This document shows positions 19,609 to 29,963 of a stretch of DNA of 64,000 bases, one piece after another. Made by a program: the position numbers and the translations under genes. The notes below the pieces were generated by a model. That model was not told the origin of the DNA and did not search any database. It was given only the letters and a program-made list of their open reading frames with translations. The DNA is from an uncultured virus (IMG/VR IMGVR_UViG_2643221865_000003) (taxonomy: Duplodnaviria > Heunggongvirae > Uroviricota > Caudoviricetes). The DNA lies in the IMG/VR virus record IMGVR_UViG_2643221865_000003. One strand, written 5' to 3'. Position 1 is the stretch's first letter, and each line of letters begins with the position of its first letter.

Positions 19609-19661
19609 CACTCTCAGCCCCTACGTCGGCAGATCTGGTCACGACCGCACATGATGGTGAC

Positions 19662-20039
19662 ATGAACGACGAAGCCCAGCCGGCATCCCTCACCCTCGAT
19701 GGCAGCAGCCTGCTGTCGAAGTGGGGTTTCGGCGACGGTGACCTTGTCCACGACTGGTACGCAGATCAGGCGACTGTGGGATGGTGGCCCAGGCCTTTCG
19801 ACCACCACGACGTTCTCATCGACCTGGTCAAAACCCACCTGATTCCTGCGGTCGCGGCCGCCGGCCATGCCTTCATCGTCTACGTCATCCCTACGAACCA
19901 CAACCCGATCCGGTTCAGCGAGCTCGACGGGCAGATCGTCGAACACAGGCGATCGAAGCTGACCATCGACGTGTACGTGACGGTGACCCCGGAGCAGATC
20001 CAGGAAGCGATCGACCGAGTGAAGGGGGCCGCAGCATGA
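19662..20039 (+). CDS. hypothetical protein (paralogue of 1687)
   Basis: Leaderless, 8 nt after class A motif; SKWGFGDGD, HNPIR. Confidence 0.75.
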   Translation: MNDEAQPASLTLDGSSLLSKWGFGDGDLVHDWYADQATVGWWPRPFDHHDVLIDLVKTHLIPAVAAAGHAFIVYVIPTNHNPIRFSELDGQIVEHRRSKLTIDVYVTVTPEQIQEAIDRVKGAAA

Positions 20040-20404
20040 CCACCAAGTACCACGGCTACGACCTGGTGTACGAGGACGGGCGCACCTTGGTCCGCGGCCG
20101 CCACCCCCGCGGCCTGTACCAGGTGTTCATCGGCTTCACCACGGAGAACATGTCGAGCTCCTCCGACGAGGAAGCTGCGACTTTCCGTCGTGCGAAGAGG
20201 ATCGCGCGCAGGCTGCGACGACGCCACGGGTACCACACGAGGATCCTGTACAGCACCTACCGGTACGACTTCGACGCACCGGATAGCTTCTGGGACTCCC
20301 TCGCCAGCCTGGTGCGCCCATCGACACGCGACGAATGGGATCAAGCAGCCACCGCGAGCCTTGCGGCCGCGACCACGGCAGCCACCGTTTCAAGCATCAT
20401 CTGA
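20036..20404 (+). CDS. hypothetical protein
   Basis: ATGA coupling. Confidence 0.65.
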   Translation: MTTKYHGYDLVYEDGRTLVRGRHPRGLYQVFIGFTTENMSSSSDEEAATFRRAKRIARRLRRRHGYHTRILYSTYRYDFDAPDSFWDSLASLVRPSTRDEWDQAATASLAAATTAATVSSII

Positions 20405-20440
20405 CCCGTCATCGCCGCACCCGATATGGAAGAGACCAGC

Positions 20441-20956
20441 ATGAACACATCCCCGACTGACGAGCGTCTCGCCGACAGCGGACCCACGTACCGGTGGGCC
20501 ATGCCCGCCTGGTGGCTTCCGTTCTCGACTGCGCTCCTGCTGTTCATGGTCGTCTGCGGCGCCTGGGGAGCTCCTCGGATGATCGAGAAGAACGGATGGC
20601 CTGCCGCCCTGTTCATGGCTGCATGGTTCGGTGCTTTCCTCTGGAATGTGTACTGGTGGTACTTCCGGGTCGCCTACAAGCTCGAGCTGGACGGTGACAC
20701 CCTCCGCTGGCAGGCGCCGCTTGCCCGCGGGGAGCTGTCGGTGCATTCGATCACTGGCGTCACCCCGTTCCTGAACACCCAGGAGCAGATACCCACCATC
20801 CGCGCCGTCGGTCACCGCAGCATCCCCGTGTTCGCCCGCGGTGACCTGTCCTCGTTCCTGGCCCGCCTGAACGTCATCAACACCGCCGTCCCCGACCGCG
20901 TCGGCGGGTTCTCCGGGTTCTTCGACAGGGCCGGCAGCCGCAAACGTCCCCAGTAG
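20441..20956 (+). CDS. membrane protein, 2 TM plus possible bacterial PH-like domain
   Basis: Two hydrophobic helices followed by a beta-rich segment. Confidence 0.7.
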   Translation: MNTSPTDERLADSGPTYRWAMPAWWLPFSTALLLFMVVCGAWGAPRMIEKNGWPAALFMAAWFGAFLWNVYWWYFRVAYKLELDGDTLRWQAPLARGELSVHSITGVTPFLNTQEQIPTIRAVGHRSIPVFARGDLSSFLARLNVINTAVPDRVGGFSGFFDRAGSRKRPQ

Positions 20957-21010
20957 CGAGCCGGCAGCCTCGCGACAACAACCCGTTCGCGCCCACACAC
21001 CTACGGTCGC

Positions 21011-21733
21011 ATGAACTCCAAGAAGATCCCGGCCAACGCCGAGCTGTGCACCTCCGATTGCCGGAACAGCAGCGGGACGAAGATCCAGTACCACTTCCGC
21101 GGTGAGCAAGCGCTGACCGACTGCCGAAACCGACGCGACAACGACGTCAGTCTGGTGGCCGACCTTCAGGTGATCGAGCCGCTCAACGCCTCCTTGGGCG
21201 ATCTCACCGTCATCTGGTCCCGCTACGTCGGTGGTCTCATCGGTCACGAAGAGGACATCGAAGACGTCACCGAGATCCCCGATGACGTGATGCACGCGGT
21301 GCACGCGGCAGCGCTCCAGCACCTCAGCTCCGCCACCCTCGACGTGGAGACGTTCATCCGACACACCGGTGTGAAGGTCAACTACAAGAACCCGCACAAT
21401 GACGAGCTCATGCGAGCAGTCCGGCTTCTCCATTCTCTGACTCGTGTTGGTAGAGCCAAGACCGAGCTCGCCCACCCGGAATACGACGAGGCCGCCGTGT
21501 ACGAGAACGCGCCGTTCGCTTGGCCGGACGTCTACGAGGACGAAGCCTGGGACGCCGCGCAGGCGACGTTGGACAAGCGTGACCGTCTCCGCAGCAAGCA
21601 GCCCAGAAACGACGAGATGACGGCGCTGCAGATGAAAGAGAAGCAGAAGGCTGACGCCTGGCAGGAGAAGCAGTACGCCGACCGGACGGCGCCTCGGAAG
21701 CGTGGTTTCTGGTCCCGGCTGATCGGCCGATAG
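21011..21733 (+). CDS. hypothetical protein with N-terminal Cys/His module (class B set)
   Basis: Leaderless after class B motif; IPANAELCTSDCRNS.GTKI.YHFRGE.ALT.CR. Confidence 0.8.
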   Translation: MNSKKIPANAELCTSDCRNSSGTKIQYHFRGEQALTDCRNRRDNDVSLVADLQVIEPLNASLGDLTVIWSRYVGGLIGHEEDIEDVTEIPDDVMHAVHAAALQHLSSATLDVETFIRHTGVKVNYKNPHNDELMRAVRLLHSLTRVGRAKTELAHPEYDEAAVYENAPFAWPDVYEDEAWDAAQATLDKRDRLRSKQPRNDEMTALQMKEKQKADAWQEKQYADRTAPRKRGFWSRLIGR

Positions 21734-21737
21734 CCTC

Positions 21738-22547
21738 ATGCCGGGAATCCCCGCCAACGCGGAGCTGTGCACGTCCGACTGCCGGAACAGCAACGGCACC
21801 AAGATCCGCTACCACTTCCGGGGCGAGGCAGCCCTGACCGAATGCCGCGCCCGCACCAGCGGTGACCTCGGTCCCGCCTCCCTCACATTCGAGGAGCACC
21901 CCCGGATCACCGATGCGCAGTTCCACGAGTTCATCGACAAGATCTGCGGCAGGCCGTTCGGCAGCCATGGGCTGTGGGCGAAGTTCTACGGCGAGTTCGG
22001 CGGTGAATGGGAAGGCAGCATCCGTGACTCCGCCGGCAACGCAGTCGGCTGGTTCATGCGCTCATTCAAAGACGACGGCACCGTCCGGAACAACAACCTG
22101 GACATCGCCGCGGAACACCAAGGAACCGGGTTCGCCACCGCATTCAACAATGCCGCCATGGAGCTGTACGCGGAGATGGGGATCCGGGAAGTGAAACTGA
22201 TGGCGACCGACGACGGTGCTTACGTGTGGGCGAAATCAGGGTGGCTGTTCGACGACACCGACGACGGATACAGCGACGGAACCGCCGCGAAAGCCAGGAA
22301 CGGCATCGCCGACAACATGATCGGGTGCGCTGACGGAACTGCGGAGAACAGCGACGGGACTCCCCTCGCGGAGGCCGACCGAGTGCTCATCCACGAGCTC
22401 GCCGAACAGTTCCGCGCCAGCGACGACACCGTCACCATCCAGGACATCGCCAACCTCACCGCCGAAGGACGCCCCAAGCTCGGGGAGGACATCCTGAAAA
22501 GCGGTGTGAAGTGGCCGGCACGACAACCAGTGTCGGCGGCCCAGTAA
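21738..22547 (+). CDS. Cys/His module plus GNAT-like acetyltransferase domain
   Basis: Same N-terminal module; acetyl-CoA-type loop EHQGTGFA; paralogue of 42847. Confidence 0.75.
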   Translation: MPGIPANAELCTSDCRNSNGTKIRYHFRGEAALTECRARTSGDLGPASLTFEEHPRITDAQFHEFIDKICGRPFGSHGLWAKFYGEFGGEWEGSIRDSAGNAVGWFMRSFKDDGTVRNNNLDIAAEHQGTGFATAFNNAAMELYAEMGIREVKLMATDDGAYVWAKSGWLFDDTDDGYSDGTAAKARNGIADNMIGCADGTAENSDGTPLAEADRVLIHELAEQFRASDDTVTIQDIANLTAEGRPKLGEDILKSGVKWPARQPVSAAQ

Positions 22548-22582
22548 CCAGTGGATCTTCGATCCCCAGCGGCGGACGTCTT

Positions 22583-22601
22583 GCCACATGCCCTCACGGT
22601 G
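22583..22601 (+). promoter_or_regulatory. class C promoter-like motif GCCACATG-N10-start, representative copy
   Basis: Copies at about 504, 14250, 22583, 28785, 36004, 40710, 45334, 46019, 47753, 53714, 59323, 62050, 63821 (+) and 57875-57882, 58763-58770 (-). Exactly 10 nt to ATG/GTG at 14268, 28803, 36022, 45352, 46037, 53732, 58752, 62068. Confidence 0.75.
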
Positions 22602-22623
22602 AATCCACCGGAGGAGAACAAGA

Positions 22624-25600
22624 ATGCTGCGCCTGCGCCACGCCATCACCGCTAGCCGCGCAGCCATTGACCTGGCCTCCATCATGGTGGGCGTGATCGT
22701 CATCGCGATCGTCAGTGGAATCATCGGAGTGTCAGTGTTCGCGGTGATCCCATGGGCACACGAGCAGGCGGCGAAGTCGAACCTGCAGTCGGTGGTCCTC
22801 GCCGAGCAGACAGCACGGGTCCCATCAGCGGTGTGTGAGAAGTCCGGCAGGTACCTGAGCCGTTCCGACCTGAACGAATGCCATTTCCTGGACGCACCCG
22901 ACAACGTGACGGTCGGCGCTCCCGCAGACGGCTCCTGCTACCTCGGCATCGCCACAACCGGGAACAAGGTCTTCTGGGTCGACAACAAGACGCCCACTAT
23001 CCACGACGCCAAGACCGAACCGGGAACCAACGACTGCGTCAACTTCGCCGAGCTGCTCGCCGAGCTCGCCCCCGCGCAAGCCCCGGAACCGGTGCCGGTC
23101 GCAGACCCGTTCACCGTCCTCACGAAGTACGACCACCGAACCCCGATCTCCTCGAAATGGGCCGCGGTGGACATGTCCACGGACGGCGCAGTGATGGTCG
23201 CCGCTCTCACCGACGGTGCCCTGTACCGGTCCACCGACGTCGGCCAGACCTGGGATCCGATGACGGCGGCCGGGCAGCTGGCCTGGTCGTCCATCGCTGT
23301 GTCCCCGAACGGCGACCACATCATCGCGTCGGTCACCGGCGGTGACCTGTGGACGTCAGACGACAACGGAAAGCACTGGAAGGCGCTGGGTGTCGGAACC
23401 CAGGACTGGACCGACGTCCAAGTGTCCTCCGACGGGAAGACCGTCATCGGCACAGCCCGCGGCCAGAACATCTTCCACTCCGAAGATGCCGGCTCCACCT
23501 GGACGACAACCCCGACCGGCGAGTTCACCGCCGTGGCCACCTCCAAGGACGGCGCCCACTTGGCAGCGGCAGTCAAAGACGGACCGCTGTACACGTCAGC
23601 TGACTCCGGGAAGCATTGGGCAGTTCGGACGGCCGCCGGCCAGCTCACCTGGTCTGGTCTGACCTCATCCCAGGACGGCGACATGCTGGTCGCTTCCGTC
23701 GCCAATGGGTTCCTGTACCGGTCCACGGACTACGGCAAGACGTGGACCCCGCTCCTCTCGGACTCCGCCCGAAACTGGTCGTCGGTGTCCTCTTCGTACA
23801 ACGGACAGAAGATCGTCGCAACCGTCTCCGGCGGCACCGTGTGGCACTCCACTGACGGCGGGGCGAACTGGGTGCAGCGCACCAACCCGACCGGCACCAT
23901 CACCTGGTCAAGCTCCGCGTACGCCGGCAACGGCAGCATGTTCATCGTCGGGAACCTGACCGGCAACCCGTACACCTCCGTCGACGGTGGTGCGACATTC
24001 ACGAAGCAGACGGCAGGCGGAAGCCTCATCAACGCTGTCGCCGCGAACAAGGACGGGTCGAGGATCGCAGCGTCCCGCTCCGGATCCTCGGCGGCCGTGT
24101 ACTCATCATCGAACGGCGGGACCAACTGGGTCACCAGCAGCAACTCCCCAGCAGCCTCGTCGATCGCCATCGACCCGGACGGCACCACAATCCTCGCGGG
24201 CCGTGCGACATTCGCCGAGTACTACCTGGCGGTGTCAACGAACGGGACAACCTTCACCGACCAGACGCAGGAGCGTAAACGCGACTGGGGCCCCATCGCC
24301 CTTGCCGACGGCGGGAAGATGATCGCCGGAGTCAGCGGAGCAACCGGGCAGATCATCCTGTCCTCGAACAGCGGCACCACCTTGCGATCAGTCGGTTCCG
24401 ATCCGGCGTCCTGGGAGGACGTCGACATGTCCGACGACGGTGTGCACGCCGTAGCCGGGCAGAACACAGGGACGTTCGGGGCAGCAACCACTGACGACGG
24501 CGGGTTCACCTGGCGTGCGGCTACATCTCCCGCAACCGCGGAAGCTGTTGCCATCTCCACTGACGGCCAGCGCGTCCTCGCCTCCCGGAACTCAGGCAAC
24601 TACGCCTATGTGTACCTGTCCACGGACGGCGGAGTGACATTCTCCCAGACAGGCTCGCAAGCGCACGTACCCACCGTCGCATGCGACAAGGACTGCAAGG
24701 CGATGTACTCCCCGAAGATCTTCAACGCCACCCAGGGCTACGACCTGTACAGGTCGCCGGACGGCGGAGCAACATGGCCTAGCGTCGGGAACCTGCTCAA
24801 CAATGAGAGCCTCTACCAGTCGATCGCCATGTCCAAAGGCGATGAAGGCAAGATCGCCGTCATGGCTACAGCCGGCACAGTCGGACAAGTGTTCGTCAGC
24901 ACTGACAGCGGCACCACCTGGCGGACAACAAACCTCCGCGCGGGCGGCTGGACTGCCGTGTCCGCATCCGATGACGGCAGTCACCTCGTCGCGGGGATCA
25001 GCACATCCAGTCAGTACCTGTACGAGTCGAACGACGCCGGACAGACATGGTCGCAGCGCACCACTTCGTCGGACATCACGACGGCGGCGATCAGCGGCGA
25101 CGGCAAAAAGATCTTGGTCCGAGCCAACACCAGCTACCGCAGGGTCGACGCGGACGGCGGTGCTTGGACGGCGATGACGGGAGGAGGGGGCACCGCAAAG
25201 GTCGCAGCGCTCAACCGAGACGGCTCCATCGCCTACACCGGCTCCTGGTTCTCTGCCACGACCGGGTACGGCCTCTACCGCGGCAACACGACAGCGATGA
25301 CCACCACCGGAGTCACCAACTCGCTCTGGACTGGGTTGGACACCAGCTCCGACGGGAAGCTGGTGCTGGCACCGGTGAAGACCGGGCAGATCTTCCGCAC
25401 CGTCGACGGAACAGCCACCACGCCCGTCTGGACACCCGTCGGCCCCACCGCAACCTGGAAGGGTGCGACCATCGCATCCGGCGACAGCACCATCGCCTAC
25501 GCCGTCGCCGACAACCGCAAGGTGGTGAAGTCCACCGACAGCGGAGCCACCTGGTCTGACAAGGAGTCTGGTGAGCACCCGTTCGTCGGAGTGGCCACCT

Positions 25601-25791
25601 CTTCGGACGGCTCCAAGGTCGTAGCTGCCGCATCGGACGGACACATCCACACCTCCGTCAACGGCGGTACGGCCTGGCACGACTGGGATGCTCCCGGCGC
25701 CTGGCAGTCGGTGGCGATGTCCGGAGACGGGGCACACATCTACCTGCAGTCCGCTGACGGCGTCGTCCGGTACGACTTCAACCAGGGCTGA
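22624..25791 (+). CDS. prepilin-like N-terminus plus multi Asp-box (BNR) beta-propeller adhesin
   Basis: AIDLASIMVGVIVIAIV...FAVIPW pilin-like helix; many SxDxGxTW Asp boxes; GGAGG RBS. Confidence 0.85.
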   Translation: MLRLRHAITASRAAIDLASIMVGVIVIAIVSGIIGVSVFAVIPWAHEQAAKSNLQSVVLAEQTARVPSAVCEKSGRYLSRSDLNECHFLDAPDNVTVGAPADGSCYLGIATTGNKVFWVDNKTPTIHDAKTEPGTNDCVNFAELLAELAPAQAPEPVPVADPFTVLTKYDHRTPISSKWAAVDMSTDGAVMVAALTDGALYRSTDVGQTWDPMTAAGQLAWSSIAVSPNGDHIIASVTGGDLWTSDDNGKHWKALGVGTQDWTDVQVSSDGKTVIGTARGQNIFHSEDAGSTWTTTPTGEFTAVATSKDGAHLAAAVKDGPLYTSADSGKHWAVRTAAGQLTWSGLTSSQDGDMLVASVANGFLYRSTDYGKTWTPLLSDSARNWSSVSSSYNGQKIVATVSGGTVWHSTDGGANWVQRTNPTGTITWSSSAYAGNGSMFIVGNLTGNPYTSVDGGATFTKQTAGGSLINAVAANKDGSRIAASRSGSSAAVYSSSNGGTNWVTSSNSPAASSIAIDPDGTTILAGRATFAEYYLAVSTNGTTFTDQTQERKRDWGPIALADGGKMIAGVSGATGQIILSSNSGTTLRSVGSDPASWEDVDMSDDGVHAVAGQNTGTFGAATTDDGGFTWRAATSPATAEAVAISTDGQRVLASRNSGNYAYVYLSTDGGVTFSQTGSQAHVPTVACDKDCKAMYSPKIFNATQGYDLYRSPDGGATWPSVGNLLNNESLYQSIAMSKGDEGKIAVMATAGTVGQVFVSTDSGTTWRTTNLRAGGWTAVSASDDGSHLVAGISTSSQYLYESNDAGQTWSQRTTSSDITTAAISGDGKKILVRANTSYRRVDADGGAWTAMTGGGGTAKVAALNRDGSIAYTGSWFSATTGYGLYRGNTTAMTTTGVTNSLWTGLDTSSDGKLVLAPVKTGQIFRTVDGTATTPVWTPVGPTATWKGATIASGDSTIAYAVADNRKVVKSTDSGATWSDKESGEHPFVGVATSSDGSKVVAAASDGHIHTSVNGGTAWHDWDAPGAWQSVAMSGDGAHIYLQSADGVVRYDFNQG

Positions 25792-25834
25792 CCCGCCGCA
25801 CACCTACGTTTCGAAACCCTGAGGAGGGAGACGA

Positions 25835-26452
25835 ATGACCGAACAGAAGCGCGGCAACAAGACCGTGATCACCAACCCCGACGGCACCACACAGATCGTC
25901 GACAACGCTGGCGCGTTCGCCGGCAAGGACGCGCCTGGCGCGAGCGAGTCCAGCGTGTCGAACCCGCTGGCCGGCCTCGGCAGCAAGCCGGTGCCCGCGT
26001 CTGCGTTCACCGAGCAGTTCACCGGCCACTTCAAGAAGGACGGCGTCTACCGCCCGAACGAGTTCCCGCAGTTCGCCACCGCGGATGAGATCCCCGATGA
26101 CATCCCCGCGAACCGAATCTGGTCCGCCACCTCCACCGCCGGCGAGGTCGCGTACACCCCGGGTGTGCAGCCCGGTGCGACGTCCTTCACGGTCACCGAT
26201 GAGCCGCACTCGTTCAACACCCCGTACACGTTCGACCAGTTCGACAACTTCTACGAGCAGGTCGAGACGATGGACGGCGATTTCGCCCAGTACGACACCA
26301 TCGACCAGGTACCCGACGGGTACGACCCGTCGGAGATCTTCGCTCTACGCGACAGCAACGTCACCGACCCCCGCGGCCCCGAGTACGAGGTGGAGTTCGT
26401 CCACGGGTACGACCAGGACGCCATCTACTACACGGTCGCGGTCGCGAAGTAG
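25835..26452 (+). CDS. acidic hypothetical protein (class B set)
   Basis: Class B motif, GAGGAG RBS; N-terminal NPDGTT..DNAGAFAGK. Confidence 0.8.
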   Translation: MTEQKRGNKTVITNPDGTTQIVDNAGAFAGKDAPGASESSVSNPLAGLGSKPVPASAFTEQFTGHFKKDGVYRPNEFPQFATADEIPDDIPANRIWSATSTAGEVAYTPGVQPGATSFTVTDEPHSFNTPYTFDQFDNFYEQVETMDGDFAQYDTIDQVPDGYDPSEIFALRDSNVTDPRGPEYEVEFVHGYDQDAIYYTVAVAK

Positions 26453-26465
26453 GCAGCGGAACGAC

Positions 26466-26499
26466 GCCGGCCGTTGGAGAGATCCACGGCCGGCTTTCT
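26466..26499. terminator. terminator hairpin between convergent genes
   Basis: GCCGGCCGT.GGA...TCCACGGCCGGCTTT. Confidence 0.65.
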
Positions 26500-26503
26500 G
26501 CGT

Positions 26504-26893
26504 CTAGTAGTTGACGGCTTCCCCACCGAGCTCCGACTGGTATTTGCCGGGGTTCTCGTCTTCGGGTGCGATGACCCAGTTCTCTCCGACGAGCAGGTGC
26601 CTTCCGAGTCCCAGGTCGTTGTCCTTCATCTTCTTCAGGAACGCATCCTGCTGGTCGGTGTCCTCGAACAGCGCCAGCCGTGACTCGCCACCGTTGCAGT
26701 CGCCGTAGGCCATCGTGAACGCCGGGCGCTCCCCGATCTTGCTTTCGGTCAGCAGGCCGCATTCACCGTCGGCGGCCATGTAGTCCTGCCGCAGCTCCTC
26801 CAGGGTGTCGTACGCCTTCGACGGCTGAGGCGCAGCTGCGGCGCATCCGACTGTCACGAGCACGAGCAGGACGACGGGAAGGAGCTTGAGCAT
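26504..26893 (-). CDS. putative lipoprotein
   Basis: Signal peptide with lipobox-like VTVGC. Confidence 0.75.
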   Translation of the reverse strand: MLKLLPVVLLVLVTVGCAAAAPQPSKAYDTLEELRQDYMAADGECGLLTESKIGERPAFTMAYGDCNGGESRLALFEDTDQQDAFLKKMKDNDLGLGRHLLVGENWVIAPEDENPGKYQSELGGEAVNY

Positions 26894-26952
26894 CCCGGCA
26901 GTCTACGAAGCACGGGAACGCGGCGTACACGCCCAGTCCGGGGGCGGGCCTT

Positions 26953-28248
26953 TCACCTCGCGTACGCCACTGCCAGTTCATCCCAGTGCGTGGTCGCTCG
27001 CGGGCTGAGCTGCTCCCGTCGCATCTTCCATACCGGACCTTTCCGGATCCCACCGAGCCCGAGCCCGATCGCGCCGGTGCCGACCTTCTTGGTGACTGAG
27101 TCGATGACCGCCCCCAGGTCTTTCTGGTCGTACAGCGGGGTGAACGGTTCCAGGAATGCATGCGACGCCTTCGGCGTGATCCCGGTCAGGATGACGCCGG
27201 CCCGCACGTACTTCGCACCCGGCACCAGCTGCGGACCCAACGACTGGATGGCTGCTTTCGACAAGGTGATCGGGTCGTCCGTCGGGACGGAGAGTGTGAC
27301 GGACACGGCCGGGTAGGACTGGACGGCGTCCGGGTTGAACCCGTGCGTGCCCGCGAACACTTGCAGGTGCTGGGCGACGGACCCTTGCTTCCTGAGCCTG
27401 GCTGATGCCCGTTGGGCGTAGACGGACAGCATCTGCTCCATGTCCTCCGCCCGGGTGACCGGCTGCCCGAACATGCGGGAGTAGATCAGCTGCTCCTTCG
27501 CCGCCCGCGTCGGTTCGGTGACGATCGCGTCCGTGCCGCGGAGCTCGTACACGGTGCGCTGCAGCACGACGCTGAACTTGGTGCGGATTAGCTTCGGGTC
27601 GGCGTCCCGCAGGTCCTTGATCGTGTGGATGTCGAGGACGTTGAGTCGCTTCTCGGTGCGGCCGGCGACACCCCAGATTTCGGTCACCGGCAGGCTGTCC
27701 ATGATCACGTCCTGCTGGGCGGGTGTGTACGCATCCCAGTGAGCGACGCCGCCCAACGCGGGTGTCTTCTTGGCGCCGTGGTTCGCCAGCTTGGACAATG
27801 TGCGGCTTCCGCCGAAGCCGACGCAGACCGGCAGGCCAACGTTCCGGAGGACCGCGGCGCGGATCTTCCGTCCGGCGGCTACGAGCTCGTCGACGTTCCC
27901 CCGCAGATGGACGAAAGCTTCATCAATACTGTACGGCTCAACACCGGCACAGAACCGGCCGATCACTTCGAATGCCCTCGAGCTGAGGTCGCCGTACAAC
28001 TCGTAATTGCTGGACCGGTGCTGCAGGTTCCAGTGTTTCGCGAGCGGCGCCAACTGGAACCATGGGTCGCCCATCTTGATGCCGAGGGCTTTCGCTTCGG
28101 CGCTGCGGGCGACGACACACCCGTCGTTGTTGCTGAGGACGACGGTGGGGACGCCATGAAGTTTCGGGTCGAACACCCGCTCGCAGGACACGAAGAAGTT
28201 GTTGACGTCGACGAGGCCTATGCGGCGGGGGCCTCGGTCACCGGACAT
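26953..28248 (-). CDS. umuC: Y-family DNA polymerase V subunit UmuC
   Basis: [31 protein letters not shown]-terminal W.MRRE.LSP..TT.W. Confidence 0.95.
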   Translation of the reverse strand: MSGDRGPRRIGLVDVNNFFVSCERVFDPKLHGVPTVVLSNNDGCVVARSAEAKALGIKMGDPWFQLAPLAKHWNLQHRSSNYELYGDLSSRAFEVIGRFCAGVEPYSIDEAFVHLRGNVDELVAAGRKIRAAVLRNVGLPVCVGFGGSRTLSKLANHGAKKTPALGGVAHWDAYTPAQQDVIMDSLPVTEIWGVAGRTEKRLNVLDIHTIKDLRDADPKLIRTKFSVVLQRTVYELRGTDAIVTEPTRAAKEQLIYSRMFGQPVTRAEDMEQMLSVYAQRASARLRKQGSVAQHLQVFAGTHGFNPDAVQSYPAVSVTLSVPTDDPITLSKAAIQSLGPQLVPGAKYVRAGVILTGITPKASHAFLEPFTPLYDQKDLGAVIDSVTKKVGTGAIGLGLGGIRKGPVWKMRREQLSPRATTHWDELAVAYAR

Positions 28249-28672
28249 GGTGCAGGCAGATGGTGACGACGCCCCAGATGCTGAGGTTCGCGTCGCCGCG
28301 CAAGATGATGTCGGGGAAGTCGGGGTTCTCGGCGTGCAGGGCGACGGACCCGCCCCGCATGCGCAGGCGTTTCAGGGTGAGGTCGCCGTCGAGGATGGCG
28401 ATGACCACCGACCCGTCGGTCGGGGTGAGGGACCGGTCGACGATCACTTCGTCCCCGTCGTAGATGCCGACACCGGTCATGGATTCGCCGGACACCCTGA
28501 TGATGAACGTCGAGGTCGGGTCTTGGATGAGGTGGGTGTTCAGGTCGACGGGCCCGTTGTAGTAATCCTGGGCTGGGGATGGGAAGCCGGCTGGGACGGC
28601 GACGGGTGCGTAGAGCGGCAGTTGGCGGCGGAGTGACTTAGCCGGGTCGATGGGGAGCACGGCGAGGGTCAT
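28238..28672 (-). CDS. umuD: UmuD/S24 peptidase
   Basis: [12 protein letters not shown] cleavage site, GESM serine, TLKRL lysine; overlaps umuC. Confidence 0.93.
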   Translation of the reverse strand: MTLAVLPIDPAKSLRRQLPLYAPVAVPAGFPSPAQDYYNGPVDLNTHLIQDPTSTFIIRVSGESMTGVGIYDGDEVIVDRSLTPTDGSVVIAILDGDLTLKRLRMRGGSVALHAENPDFPDIILRGDANLSIWGVVTICLHHVR

Positions 28673-28687
28673 GCGGTCTCCCTTCCA

Positions 28688-28703
28688 TCGAACAAGCCTT
28701 CGA
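28688..28703. promoter_or_regulatory. LexA (SOS) box
   Basis: TCGAAC-AAGC-CTTCGA, one mismatch to the actinobacterial TCGAAC-N4-GTTCGA, 15 nt upstream of umuD. Confidence 0.8.
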
Positions 28704-28846
28704 AAGTCTGATGGTACGCGCGACGGCTGACGGAAGGAAGTTGAGGGACGCTCCCCAGTACGGGGACGCGGCTTGCTACCGTTTGCCACATGGCCTCTAC
28801 TCGTGACTACCCCAACGACGCAGAAGACCCCGCACAGAGTGCTGGC

Positions 28847-28966
28847 ATGAGCGAACGACGTCCACCGAACTGGCCTTTGGCGATCACACTGAGCGCCATC
28901 CTCATCGCCGGCCTGACGGTGCTCGCAGTGTTCTTCATCGCGGTCATGCCCACTCTGGGCCCGTAG
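28847..28966 (+). CDS. 39-aa membrane peptide
   Basis: MSERRPPNWPLAITLSAILIAGLTVLAVFFIAVMPTLGP; ATGA-coupled to a 15-codon ORF at 28803. Confidence 0.5.
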   Translation: MSERRPPNWPLAITLSAILIAGLTVLAVFFIAVMPTLGP

Positions 28967-29013
28967 CCCACGCGACCGCACCTCGGCCCGCCGCGAGAGA
29001 ACGGAACAGCAAC

Positions 29014-29247
29014 GTGCTCGAAATCCTGCCCGCCGTGTTCGATGCGCTCACGGTAGTTACCGCCCGGCAGCGCGGAACCCGAGCTCAGCGCGCTGCGGCA
29101 CGTGCAGCGGGACGTCGCCTGAACTTCACCGGGCACCCGTCTGGGCTCTCCGCCGTGCTGTCTCCTACCAAGTACCGGGAGGAGTTGGAGGCGTGGAAAG
29201 CCCGCGAGGACGCCGCCAACAGACGACCCGATTCACCCGCGCAGTAA
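29014..29247 (+). CDS. hypothetical protein
   Basis: Plausible short ORF. Confidence 0.45.
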   Translation: MLEILPAVFDALTVVTARQRGTRAQRAAARAAGRRLNFTGHPSGLSAVLSPTKYREELEAWKAREDAANRRPDSPAQ

Positions 29248-29292
29248 CCGCGGTGACGTGTCCCCACACTGCCGGTGCCCGGTGGTCGATGT

Positions 29293-29907
29293 TCACGGTT
29301 GCTGTTTCTCGTATCGCCAGGCGATCAGCTTCTTGAACCATTCCGGGTCGTCATCGCCGACGACATAGTCGTCGAGTGCTGATCTCCGGTGGGGCAGCCC
29401 TTGCTCTTCCCGCCAGGCGTATTCGATCTGCGCCCGCTTCTCCGTCTTGGCGATGATCTGGACGATCTTGAGGTGAGCTCGGGCGTCTGGGTCGTTGTAC
29501 CACTCGACAGCTTGGGCGAACGCGGCTGCCATCCGTTGCGGGTCCGGCTCACCGTACGGGGCGTCGCTTCTGACCTGGTTGCAGTACTGGTGGACGACAC
29601 GGACGTTCCCCCAGATGTCCGGGCCCAAGTCGACCTGCGGGATGATGTGGTCAACCTCGGCCGCGCCGGGGTGCGGACGGCGCAGGTCAATGTCGATCGG
29701 CGTCTCGCAGATGTCGCATCGACCGCCGAACGCGGCGTGCAGGAACACTGCCACCAGGCGCCGGTCTTTCGGGACCGGCGTCTTCAACCAGACGTTGTAC
29801 GCGACGACATCGGCAGGGTCCGGGTGAGCGTTCTTCGCGGCGAACTTCGCTGCGAGCTCCTGCTCGTACCACCGGGTTTCTTCCGGGTCGGTGGGCACGT
29901 ATTTCAT
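29293..29907 (-). CDS. HNH endonuclease
   Basis: CDIC...EVDHIIP...GN...HQYCN. Confidence 0.85.
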   Translation of the reverse strand: MKYVPTDPEETRWYEQELAAKFAAKNAHPDPADVVAYNVWLKTPVPKDRRLVAVFLHAAFGGRCDICETPIDIDLRRPHPGAAEVDHIIPQVDLGPDIWGNVRVVHQYCNQVRSDAPYGEPDPQRMAAAFAQAVEWYNDPDARAHLKIVQIIAKTEKRAQIEYAWREEQGLPHRRSALDDYVVGDDDPEWFKKLIAWRYEKQQP

Positions 29908-29963
29908 CCCCGCAGGCTACTGGCGGTCGCCGACACGCTCCCCCGCCACACACCTAGGAACGC

